Assembly: GCA_900553855.1 (NCBI GenBank)
Contig: USFG01000003.1
Location: 12,630-76,629, forward strand
Direction: 5' to 3'
Source of the DNA: an uncultured Mycoplasmatota bacterium
Lineage (GTDB): Bacteria > Bacillota_I > Bacilli_A > RF39 > UBA660
DNA length: 64,000 bases
Below are positions 9,475 to 18,099 of the stretch, piece after piece. The notes beneath the pieces were generated by a model that was not told the DNA's origin, searched no databases, and worked only from the letters and a program-made list of their open reading frames with translations. A program made the position numbers and the translations under genes. Numbering within the stretch: the first letter of the stretch is position 1; the number at the start of each line of letters is the position of its first letter.

Positions 9475-9991
9475 AATATTCTCCTTTTTTTAATAATTCT
9501 TTTTTCTCTAACTTATTATAAATAAATGGCTCAATAAACCTATTAAATTTAGTTAATACATAATCTATGTTACCAATTGGATTAACTAATATACTTAAAA
9601 ATTCCATTCTATTTGCGCCATAAATATCAGTTAATAATTGATCTCCTACACATGCTATTTGTGTAGGTTTTAATTTATATAATTTCATAATTTTAATATA
9701 CTTTTTGGATAATGGTTTACTTGCAAAATAGGCTGAATCTACATTAAGTATTTCTTTAAATGGTTCGACTCTCTTTTTGGTTGAGTTAGAAACAATTAAA
9801 ATTCTTAAATTTAATTCTTTTATATCTTCTATTAAGTCTTTTAATTTTTTAGATGGTTTATTCATATTTAATGGTGCTAGAGTATTATCTAAATCAAATA
9901 TTATACATTTAATTCCTTTCTTTTTTAATTTAGCATAATCTATATCATAAACACTTTTTAAATACATATCTGGTACAAATTTGTCTAACAT
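9467..9991 (-). CDS. yqeG: YqeG-family HAD phosphatase
   Basis: HAD motif I IIFDLDNTL, SNS, and GDQLLTDI. Conserved yqeG-yqeH pairing with an 8-nt overlap. Confidence 0.85.
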   Translation of the reverse strand: MLDKFVPDMYLKSVYDIDYAKLKKKGIKCIIFDLDNTLAPLNMNKPSKKLKDLIEDIKELNLRILIVSNSTKKRVEPFKEILNVDSAYFASKPLSKKYIKIMKLYKLKPTQIACVGDQLLTDIYGANRMEFLSILVNPIGNIDYVLTKFNRFIEPFIYNKLEKKELLKKGEYYE

Positions 9992-10089
9992 TTTATCCCT
10001 CGATTTCTTATATCAAAATTGTATCAAATTTGCTTAATAAAGAAAAGAATTTAAATTATTTAAAGTAAAGAAAAGAAGAAATATTAGTT

Positions 10090-10285
10090 ATTAATTTTAA
10101 CTTTAGTATTTCTTCTTTTGATAATCCAGTTATATCTGATATTTCATTAGTAGGTTTATTTTGTTCAACATTTTCTTGGTAATTTCTATTTTTCCTTCAA
10201 ATAATCCATTATTTTATGAATCGTTAAGTTCTGATTCTCTTATATAATAATCCAATTCCTTTTGATCATAATTAATAACTTATTA
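10090..10285 (-). pseudogene. Frameshifted C-terminal remnant of an Rpn/YhgA-like (PD-(D/E)XK) putative transposase
   Basis: Minus-strand frames give EGKIEITKKMLNK and then, in another frame, NEISDITGLSKEEILKLK. This is the typical ...EGKxEIAKKMLKxG...ISxITGLSxEEIxKL tail of Rpn-family proteins. It is interrupted by stops and frameshifts, and no N-terminal nuclease part is present. Confidence 0.45.
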
Positions 10286-10288
10286 TAA

Positions 10289-12829
10289 TTATTCTCTTAT
10301 ATCTTTAGACTTGTTTTTTAAGTCAAATAATATTCTTAAAGCATCCATAGGAGTTGTATTTAATGGATCAATTTTATCTATTTCTTCTTTTAATATGTTT
10401 GGTTCTTTTACTGGTTCGGTAAAATCAAATGAGATTTGTTTACTTCCACTATCTTTACTATTTGTTTCATATTCTTTAAGCATCTTATTTGCATCATTAA
10501 TAATGTCTTTAGGAAGTCCTGCTAAATCAGCAACATGAATTCCATAACTTTTATCAATTGCTCCATCTTCAATTTTATGTAAGAATACAAGTTTATTATT
10601 ATCTAAAGTGGCACTAACATGAACATTTTTAATAGTAGGATATTCATCCGTTAAACTAGTTAATTCATGATAATGAGTACTAAAAAGTGTTTTACACTTA
10701 ATATTTTTGGTCACGTATTTTAAAATAGCTCCAGCTAAACTCATACCATCATAAGTTGCAGTACCTCTTCCTAATTCATCAAATAAAATTAATGATTCAC
10801 TAGTTGCATTTTTAATAGCACTTCTACTTTCTTTCATTTCAACCATAAAAGTAGATTCACCACTAACTAAATCGTCACTAGCACCAATTCTAGTAAAGAT
10901 AGCATCAAAAATACATAAATTAGCGTAATCAGCAGGAACAAAAGATCCTATTTGAGCCATAATAATTATGATAGCAAGTTGTCTCATATAAGTAGATTTA
11001 CCACTCATATTAGGTCCCGTTATTAAAAGTGTGTTTATATTTTTATCCATATAAATATCATTTTTAACATACTTTCCATTAGTAACTATATTGATTACTG
11101 GATGAAAACCGTTTTTGATATCAACTAACTTATCATGATTAAATATTGGTCTAATTAACTTTTCCTTTTCTGACACTATAGATAAAGAACATAAAGCATC
11201 AATTATACCAATCTTATTAGATGTTTCTTTCAAAGAAATAATATCCTTTTTAATTGTTTCCTTTATTTCATTAAATAAATCATATTCAAGTTCAATAATT
11301 CTTTCTTCAGCATTTAAAATCATAGCTTCTTTTTCTTTTAGTATAGGACTAATAAATCTTTCGCCAGTAGTCAAAGTTTGCTTTCTTTCCCAGCCAAATT
11401 CTTCCTTAACACGAGATGCTTGTCCTTTACTTATTTCAATGTAGTAACCAAAAACTTTATTATATCCAACTTTTAAATTTTGAATACCAGTTTTTGCTCT
11501 TTCTTCTTGTTCTAAAGTACTTAAAAATTCTTTACCACCACTTCTTATTTTCTTAAGTTCATCTAATTCATTATTGTATCCATCTTTAATTAAATAACCT
11601 TCTTTAATTGTTATAGGTGGTTCTTCATATATAGCTTTATCAAGTAAGTTGTATAATTCTTCATGAGTATTAATTTTAATATCAATATTCATCTTAGTTA
11701 AGATATCTTTTACTTCTGGTAATACCTTTAAACTATTTCTTATTTGTAATGCATCCCTAGCGTTAAAAGAACCACAAGTTAACTTACCACATAATCTTTC
11801 TAAATCGTAAACTTCATATAAACATTTAAGCAAGTCACTTCTTAAAATGAATTCTTCATTTAATTTAGTAATAATATCTAAACGTTTATTAATCTCTTCT
11901 TCATTCCTTAAAGGATTAGATACCCATAACTTTAAAGTACGTGATCCCATACTAGTTTTGCATCTATCTAAAAACCAAATTAAAGAATACTCTCTTTCTT
12001 TTAATCTTAGGGTTTCAAATAATTCTAAATTTCTAATTGTATGGATATTTAAATTTAAATAATTACTATTGTTAATTATTTTAACACTTTCAAATAAAGA
12101 TACATCTTTAAGTTCTTTAACAATTAAATAATAAAATAAATGTTTAACTCCAATAGTTACTCTCTCATCACTAATATTATCTAGTATTTTTAATTCATTG
12201 TCATATAATTCATCACTATAATTAATATTAACACTATAGCTATTTTTAAATAGATTAACTATTTTTTCATTAAAATCTTTTTTTAATATTAATTCTTTAA
12301 TATTTAAAGTAAGAATTTTATTAACTAAAGCATCTTCATTATAGTCTAAAAATTCAGCATAAATATCTCCTGTAGAAATATCGGCGTATGTAAGTAAATA
12401 AGCGTAATTTAAATCTATTATACTTGCTAAATAATTAAAATCAAAAGAATCTAAGAAATCTAAATCCACTAAAGTACCTTTAGAAACTACATTTATTACT
12501 TCTCTTTTAACCATACCTTTAGTTTTTTTTGGATCTTCCATTTGTTCACAAATTGCTACTTTAAATCCTTTATTAACTGCTTTTTCTAAGTAAGGTTTAA
12601 CGGCATGATGAGGCACCCCACACATTGGAACTCTTTCTTCTAATCCAGCATTTTTACCAGTTAATGTTAGTTCAAGTTCATGAGCAGCAACATCAGCATC
12701 TTCAAAAAATAATTCATAAAAATCACCAATACGATAAAATAGTAAAGTATCTTCATAATCTTTTTTGATATCCATATACTGTTTCATCATAGGACTTAAA
12801 TCTTCATAGTTTACTTCATTTCTTTTCAT
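10289..12829 (-). CDS. mutS: DNA mismatch repair protein MutS
   Basis: 846 aa. N-terminal mismatch-binding domain (TPMMKQY..FYRIGDFYELFFEDA), Walker A GPNMSGKST, DELGRGT and STHYHEL. Confidence 0.95.
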   Translation of the reverse strand: MKRNEVNYEDLSPMMKQYMDIKKDYEDTLLFYRIGDFYELFFEDADVAAHELELTLTGKNAGLEERVPMCGVPHHAVKPYLEKAVNKGFKVAICEQMEDPKKTKGMVKREVINVVSKGTLVDLDFLDSFDFNYLASIIDLNYAYLLTYADISTGDIYAEFLDYNEDALVNKILTLNIKELILKKDFNEKIVNLFKNSYSVNINYSDELYDNELKILDNISDERVTIGVKHLFYYLIVKELKDVSLFESVKIINNSNYLNLNIHTIRNLELFETLRLKEREYSLIWFLDRCKTSMGSRTLKLWVSNPLRNEEEINKRLDIITKLNEEFILRSDLLKCLYEVYDLERLCGKLTCGSFNARDALQIRNSLKVLPEVKDILTKMNIDIKINTHEELYNLLDKAIYEEPPITIKEGYLIKDGYNNELDELKKIRSGGKEFLSTLEQEERAKTGIQNLKVGYNKVFGYYIEISKGQASRVKEEFGWERKQTLTTGERFISPILKEKEAMILNAEERIIELEYDLFNEIKETIKKDIISLKETSNKIGIIDALCSLSIVSEKEKLIRPIFNHDKLVDIKNGFHPVINIVTNGKYVKNDIYMDKNINTLLITGPNMSGKSTYMRQLAIIIIMAQIGSFVPADYANLCIFDAIFTRIGASDDLVSGESTFMVEMKESRSAIKNATSESLILFDELGRGTATYDGMSLAGAILKYVTKNIKCKTLFSTHYHELTSLTDEYPTIKNVHVSATLDNNKLVFLHKIEDGAIDKSYGIHVADLAGLPKDIINDANKMLKEYETNSKDSGSKQISFDFTEPVKEPNILKEEIDKIDPLNTTPMDALRILFDLKNKSKDIRE

Positions 12830-12870
12830 TTTTTCTACACCTAGATGTATTATAAAATATTTTAAAGAAA

Positions 12871-12897
12871 ATAAAAAGAAAACAATTTCAGTTTTCT
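12871..12897 (-). terminator. Rho-independent terminator after 12922..13509
   Basis: Stem AGAAAAC/GTTTTCT (12877-12883 / 12891-12897) followed by a T-run on the minus strand. Confidence 0.4.
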
Positions 12898-12921
12898 AAA
12901 ATTTGTTTTCATTAAAAGATA

Positions 12922-13509
12922 CTAACCGATACGAAACGCGGGTGAAAAACCTGCAGAGACGTTTGCACTGAAATCAGCCCAGCCACCAGACGAGCTTATA
13001 TATATAAATATATAATCATAACTAGACCATGCATTTCTTAACCACCAATAAGAATCTTTAATTCTGCTATTATTATTCTTTCCTTTATAATAGTCTAATA
13101 ATCGTGTTTTGCTTGATGCAGTGTCTGGCCCTGTATCGCCAATTTCTGGACTACTTAATAAATATATTTTATCGATTGATGTACAATTCGAATCACTACA
13201 TACATCATAAATAAGTTCACACTTAGTACCTATTTTATTTAAATTCGTTATTGTTGATGTAAAAGATTCTGTTTTTCCGGCTTGCAATCTTAATATTCTA
13301 TCATCTGATTCTCCACTATTTGTTGTTATATTAAATACTAAGTCATTTACTTTAATATTAGCAAATAACATTGAACTATTTTTATTAAAAAATGATAAAG
13401 AATAACCTATAATTGATATAAATAATAACATTATTGTAACAACTAATGTATATTTAAATCTTTTATCATTCTTTATCATTTTAATTATATTTATAAATTT
13501 TTTACCCAA
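12922..13509 (-). CDS. Secreted protein: TasA/camelysin-like (SipW-type) signal plus small beta domain plus DUF6273-like C-terminal piece
   Basis: TTG start behind an AGGAGTGA SD. The N-terminus is TM + GYSLSFFN, followed by beta-strand-like NIKVNDLVFNIT...LQAGKTESF..ITN. The C-terminus is YLLSSPEI...YWWLRNAW...GFSPAFRIG. Confidence 0.6.
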   Translation of the reverse strand: MGKKFINIIKMIKNDKRFKYTLVVTIMLLFISIIGYSLSFFNKNSSMLFANIKVNDLVFNITTNSGESDDRILRLQAGKTESFTSTITNLNKIGTKCELIYDVCSDSNCTSIDKIYLLSSPEIGDTGPDTASSKTRLLDYYKGKNNNSRIKDSYWWLRNAWSSYDYIFIYISSSGGWADFSANVSAGFSPAFRIG

Positions 13510-13618
13510 GTAACTTCACTCCTACTCTAGTGAAATTATATCTTGGGTTCCCCGTCAAGCAAACAATCGTATTTTATAAAAATTTATAGAATGTTTGCTT
13601 GTCGAAATTGTTTTAAAT

Positions 13619-14158
13619 CTATACTCTCATTAATTCTTCTTCTTTTGCTTTTGCTTTCTCATCTATTATTTTATTATATTTATTAATTAAATCTTGGATT
13701 TCTTCATAATAAGTATTTTCTTCATCTTCAGGTAATTCTTGTTTTTTAACATTATTACGAGCATCTTCTCGAGCATTTCTTAAGGCTACTTTGCCATCCT
13801 CGGCTATGGCTTTAACTTGTTTAACATAGTCTCTTCTTTTTTCTTCTGTTAATTCTGGTACGGTCATTATAACCATTTCTCCATTATTTGTTGGAGTAAT
13901 ACCTAAATTAGCTTCGTTAATAGCTCTTTCAATATCTTTGATACAAGATCTATCAAAAGGTTTAATAAATAATTGTCTTGCTTCAGGAACAGTTATATTG
14001 GCTAAACTTTGAATAGGAGTTGGGGCACCATAATAATCTACCATAATACCACTTACCATTGATGGATTAGCACGTCCTGCTCTAACATTATTGAATCTAC
14101 TTTCCATATTTTCAACTGCTTTTAACATTCTAAGTTCTGTTTCTTCTAATATATCCAT
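13619..14158 (-). CDS. frr: Ribosome recycling factor
   Basis: 179 aa with motifs VRAGRANPSM, ITVPEARQL and VPELTEEKRRDYVKQVK. Confidence 0.93.
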   Translation of the reverse strand: MDILEETELRMLKAVENMESRFNNVRAGRANPSMVSGIMVDYYGAPTPIQSLANITVPEARQLFIKPFDRSCIKDIERAINEANLGITPTNNGEMVIMTVPELTEEKRRDYVKQVKAIAEDGKVALRNAREDARNNVKKQELPEDEENTYYEEIQDLINKYNKIIDEKAKAKEEELMRV

Positions 14159-14196
14159 AAATTTTCTCTCTTTCTAATAATAATATATCTAATAAT

Positions 14197-14607
14197 TTAA
14201 CTTAAAGCAAGAATTAATATAGCGATAGTTAATCCAAGTAATAATGATACTTCAAGAATAACTGATGTTAGGATAATACCATTATTATTAACACCGTTCT
14301 TTTTTTCCATAATTAATACTTTATGATGACCCTCTTTATGGGCAATATTTTCTTCACCATAATTTAAATTATTTTTTTGATTTATAACTTCATCATATTT
14401 ATTAACTATATCCATATCAATTAGGTTATTTCTTAGATAATTGGTATATACATCTAATAACGCTTGTTCGTCATAACTAATAGTGTTATCACTCATTTTA
14501 CTTATTAAATAATTAATGTATCCATCAAGAACTTTTTGTTCTTCTTCAGATATAGGGTGTCCTATTAAGATATTTCTAACTATTTGATTTGCATTTTCTA
14601 TATTCAT
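14197..14607 (-). CDS. Hypothetical tail-anchored membrane protein
   Basis: 136 aa. Helical N-terminal part and a single C-terminal TM helix (IILTSVILEVSLLLGLTIAILILAL). No recognisable family. Confidence 0.5.
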   Translation of the reverse strand: MNIENANQIVRNILIGHPISEEEQKVLDGYINYLISKMSDNTISYDEQALLDVYTNYLRNNLIDMDIVNKYDEVINQKNNLNYGEENIAHKEGHHKVLIMEKKNGVNNNGIILTSVILEVSLLLGLTIAILILALS

Positions 14608-14618
14608 TTTTAATCCTC

Positions 14619-17027
14619 CTATCCTAGATTTGTTGGTTTTCCTATGTATGTTATTTTAGCATAACCATTTCCTTCTTTAGAACAATTTGATGTTGGGGTT
14701 CCATTATGACATTTAGTTGAAGTGGTTTTAGTAGAATTATCACTTGATTCAGAACATTCATAACAATACATTGATTTATTAAATAATCTTGAATTGCCGA
14801 TATAAGATGAACCGCCACCAGCACCAGTATGTCTTGCACTACCGCCACCATAGAAACCACCGCCACCACCAGTTTGATAGTTAGCTTGACAATGTTCAGT
14901 TGTGCACCCATTATATTTATTTCCACCTTGGCCAAATGTTCCCGATTGTCCACATATATTTCCATCTTGACATAAGCCGTATGATCCACCGGCCGTTTGA
15001 GTTCCACCTTTTCCGGGGTTTTTACTCCAAGTACCATAGAAACCGTTGCCACCTATATAACCACCGGCATTTCCACCTTTGCCAGATGCACTTGCACTTT
15101 CACTATAATTAATAGATCCACCACCAGCTCCTGAAACAATTAATATACTTGAAATATTTGCTGACAAATCACTTAAAAGTCCTATTTTTTTTGCTATATG
15201 TGTTGCGCCACCGCCACCATAGCCAGTAGAATAGTTGGATCCGCCACCATTATATCCGCCACCACTTGATGTTCCTTGACCACCTACATATACATATAAC
15301 GTTTCTCCTTTACTTAGTGATATAGTTCCTACACTATAACCACCATAGCCACCAAAGTATGTTGATGAATCACTTCCTCCTTGAGCACCCCATGTTTCTA
15401 GTTTATAATCACCGGCTATTGGAGCAGTAAATGTGTAATATGGAGTGGAATTACTAGATGATGGAGCTTCGTATTCATACACTCCATCAATCAAAATTGT
15501 TATTCTTGCATAGCCATCTCCTGTATTACCAGTACCACTTCCATAATATCCGCCATTAGGATTTGGCATTTGTTCTAAATCACCTTTTGTAGTTGTCCAT
15601 TTATATCCTGATCCATCAATCATTAATGTATCGGTAAATACTTTATTGCTATAATGAACACTACAGGAATTATTTGTTGTTTCTGTTGTACACCCAGATT
15701 TTGCTGTTGTATCTGAATTGGATTTTATGGCAATACATCCGGTATGACCACTTATATAAGATGATCCACCTCCAGCTGACCCACCACAATCATGATGACA
15801 GGCTTCTCCACTTCCGCCACCATAGTAACCGCCACCACCGCCGGCACCACCAGAGGTAACGTATGATTTAGCATTTGTTCCTTTTGAAGGGCTACCGGAT
15901 CCACCTTGACCAAAAATCCCTGATTCTCCCGTAGTTCTGTCAGTATTGTCGGAATTTCCAAATGCTCCGCCACTAGTTTGTGAAGCTCCTAAACCTGACA
16001 TTTTATCAATAGAAACATTTACTGCTGAGTAACCTTTTTCGCCACTTAAGCCACCTGCAGCTCCACCATTTGTTCCGATTCCGTATTTATTTAAACCGTC
16101 AGCGTTTGCTCCGCCACCTCCAGCTGCAACCATAATTCTTGAATTTAAATTATCTATTTTTAATCTTATATCAGTGGCTCCGCCACCACCGTCATTGTTT
16201 TTGAGTTTTATTCCAGCATTTCCACCGCCATTGTAGCCTCCGTTTCCGTTTGAATCACCTTGACCACCAACATAAATATATATTGTATCATTTTTATTTA
16301 ATTCGATGTTTCCTTTAACATATCCACCTTTACCACCGTTGGTGCCTCCACCTTTTGCACCCCAAAGTTCTATTTGATATGTTGCTTTAATTGGTGCTGT
16401 AAATGTATAGAAGGGTTTATTTGCATCATAGCTATAATTGTAAATTTTTTGAGTTATTTCTAGGACATCAGAATCACCTGGATTACTTGGATCTGGGGTT
16501 GGATATTCTGGATCATCACCATTAAGGGCATCTTGTTTAATCTTATATGCTTCATATTTAGCAAAATAATAATGATTACCTCTTTTTATCTTAACTATAG
16601 TTAAACAATCATTATTTTCTTCACATTTATCAACATCAGATTTATTTTCAATACTCTTTAAATAAGCAATTGTAGTTCCATCAAAACAATCTAATGAATC
16701 TAAATTTCCACAATTCGTAACTTTTTTTGTGTATAAATTTGTAAAAACATCTTTATCAATAAAATAAATTCTTTCAATACCTAAATTATCTAATACCTTA
16801 TTATCTGATACGTCTACAACTTCTTTACTGTTAGTATTAATGGTATCTTTATTAAGATAAACATAATAGGCTGTATACATATCTTCAACATTATCATAAT
16901 AAGATATTTTACCGCTATTCATAAATATTCTATTATAATTTGAATAAAGTAAAATCATTCCTATTAAAAGCACACTCATTACAATAATAGTTTCTAATAA
17001 AACAAATCCTTTATTTTTTATTGACAT
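14619..17027 (-). CDS. Type IV prepilin-leader protein carrying two tandem glycine-rich (ALK/LTK-type Gly_rich) modules
   Basis: The leader MSIKNKG/FVLLETIIVMSVLLIG has Gly-1, Phe+1 and Glu+5. It is followed by two ~300-aa modules with YTFTAP..Y..E.WGA.GG, VYVGGQG, GYNGGG, GGGGAT, GGGSSYI and G.GYA(R/K)IT. Confidence 0.8.
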   Translation of the reverse strand: MSIKNKGFVLLETIIVMSVLLIGMILLYSNYNRIFMNSGKISYYDNVEDMYTAYYVYLNKDTINTNSKEVVDVSDNKVLDNLGIERIYFIDKDVFTNLYTKKVTNCGNLDSLDCFDGTTIAYLKSIENKSDVDKCEENNDCLTIVKIKRGNHYYFAKYEAYKIKQDALNGDDPEYPTPDPSNPGDSDVLEITQKIYNYSYDANKPFYTFTAPIKATYQIELWGAKGGGTNGGKGGYVKGNIELNKNDTIYIYVGGQGDSNGNGGYNGGGNAGIKLKNNDGGGGATDIRLKIDNLNSRIMVAAGGGGANADGLNKYGIGTNGGAAGGLSGEKGYSAVNVSIDKMSGLGASQTSGGAFGNSDNTDRTTGESGIFGQGGSGSPSKGTNAKSYVTSGGAGGGGGYYGGGSGEACHHDCGGSAGGGSSYISGHTGCIAIKSNSDTTAKSGCTTETTNNSCSVHYSNKVFTDTLMIDGSGYKWTTTKGDLEQMPNPNGGYYGSGTGNTGDGYARITILIDGVYEYEAPSSSNSTPYYTFTAPIAGDYKLETWGAQGGSDSSTYFGGYGGYSVGTISLSKGETLYVYVGGQGTSSGGGYNGGGSNYSTGYGGGGATHIAKKIGLLSDLSANISSILIVSGAGGGSINYSESASASGKGGNAGGYIGGNGFYGTWSKNPGKGGTQTAGGSYGLCQDGNICGQSGTFGQGGNKYNGCTTEHCQANYQTGGGGGFYGGGSARHTGAGGGSSYIGNSRLFNKSMYCYECSESSDNSTKTTSTKCHNGTPTSNCSKEGNGYAKITYIGKPTNLG
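14637..16445 (-). repeat. Intragenic tandem duplication of the glycine-rich module (about 2 x 0.9 kb, diverged)
   Basis: Module 1 spans about 15492-16445 and module 2 about 14637-15491. The motif order is collinear in both. The repeated GGN-rich coding creates the spurious internal ORFs in the track. Confidence 0.7.
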
Positions 17028-17749
17028 GGAGTTGCACCTCCTTTAAGTATAAAAGGGTTGGTACTTGTTCCGTCTCCACCAATTATCATTGTTTCATTAT
17101 GTATATCAAATACTAATCTTACAAATACTTTTTCATTATTAATATCATCATTATTTAAATCTTGTATTTCATGAATGGTATTTTTATCATTATCTTCTTT
17201 TATTTTAATTACTTTACTATTTGTATAATTTTTCTTGTCGGTTGCAAGTAAATACATGCTGTCTAAATTAAAGTCAGAATAAATTAATAGTTTTTTTACT
17301 TTCTCATCTTCTATTTTAGATATTTTTTGTTCATAATCATTTATAGTCATACTTCTAGATTCAATAGTGTTTACACCTTGTTTAACACTTATATAGCCTA
17401 AGATATTATTTATTAATTCTAAACTATTTAATTTAAATGAATAGTTCTTTGATATTAAACTGGCCATATTATTTTTATCAGTTGTACCGTTATCGAATAT
17501 AATATAATCTAATGTATCAGCTTGATTAAAATAACTAGATGATACACATACATTTAATCTAAAATAAGATCCTATTTTAGCATTTTTAAGGTATTTAATT
17601 GAATGTAAATCTTCATTAATTTGATCTATTTCTTTATTTAATAAAAGAGATTTTTGAGCCATATTACCAATGAACACTAGAATAAGTGCACAAAATAACA
17701 AGAAAAAAGAATACAATAAAGATGTAGCTATAAAACCTTTCTTATTCAT
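17018..17749 (-). CDS. Minor pseudopilin-like protein
   Basis: Leader MNKKG/FIATSLLYSFFLLFCALILVFIG is prepilin-like but lacks Glu+5. The C-terminus is GGDGTSTNPFILKGG. A 10-nt overlap (ATGTCAATAA) with the downstream Gly-rich pilin gene suggests coupling. Confidence 0.6.
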   Translation of the reverse strand: MNKKGFIATSLLYSFFLLFCALILVFIGNMAQKSLLLNKEIDQINEDLHSIKYLKNAKIGSYFRLNVCVSSSYFNQADTLDYIIFDNGTTDKNNMASLISKNYSFKLNSLELINNILGYISVKQGVNTIESRSMTINDYEQKISKIEDEKVKKLLIYSDFNLDSMYLLATDKKNYTNSKVIKIKEDNDKNTIHEIQDLNNDDINNEKVFVRLVFDIHNETMIIGGDGTSTNPFILKGGATPCQ

Positions 17750-17804
17750 TTACATACCTTCTAACCTATTATAATTATATAATAAAAATATTCTAAAATC
17801 TATA

Positions 17805-17828
17805 CAAAAAAAGAACAATTTGTTCTTT
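17805..17828 (-). terminator. Rho-independent terminator (spoVID-ysxE unit)
   Basis: 8-bp stem AAAGAACA/TGTTCTTT (17810-17817 / 17821-17828) with a 3-nt loop, followed by a T-run on the minus strand. Confidence 0.5.
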
Positions 17829-17880
17829 CTATAATTAACATAGTAAATATTATTTTCATATAATAATTTAGGTGATATTC

Positions 17881-18099
17881 ATGAATTGCAATAACTGTAA
17901 TAACTGTAATAACTTTAATAATTTTCATAATCCTTTTAATAGATTTAGTTCGTTTATTTTATTTTTAGTACTTTGTACCTTAATATTTTATCAAGCAATA
18001 ATAACTTTTTTCTTTCCACTTAGATGGAACATAATCATACTATTTATTGAAATATTTCTTCAGTTTTATTTATTATTTAGAATAATATGGCCTAATTAA
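17881..18099 (+). CDS. Small membrane protein with a Cys/Asn-repeat N-terminus (uncertain)
   Basis: ATG 17881 lies behind an AGGTGA SD (17870-17875). A possible TTAACA-N18-TATAAT promoter is present. The N-terminus MNCNNCNNCNNFNNFHN is followed by two TM helices. The gene converges on and overlaps the ysxE 3' end by 27 nt. Confidence 0.3.
   Translation: MNCNNCNNCNNFNNFHNPFNRFSSFILFLVLCTLIFYQAIITFFFPLRWNIIILFIEIFLQFYLLFRIIWPN

Noticed and set aside
10071-10119. The 13-bp inverted repeat AAAAGAAGAAATA/TATTTCTTCTTTT as a stand-alone terminator feature for mutS.
   Set aside because: The 23-nt loop is large for an intrinsic terminator and one arm is part of the Rpn-like remnant. It is mentioned in the corresponding finding and is not annotated as a confident terminator.
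14651-15973. ORFs 14651-15052, 14900-15112, 15674-15859 and 15752-15973 inside the glycine-rich pilin gene.
   Set aside because: These are alternative frames of GGN-repeat coding sequence that translate to His/Val/Pro-rich nonsense. The 802-aa frame has coherent domain structure and a proper start.
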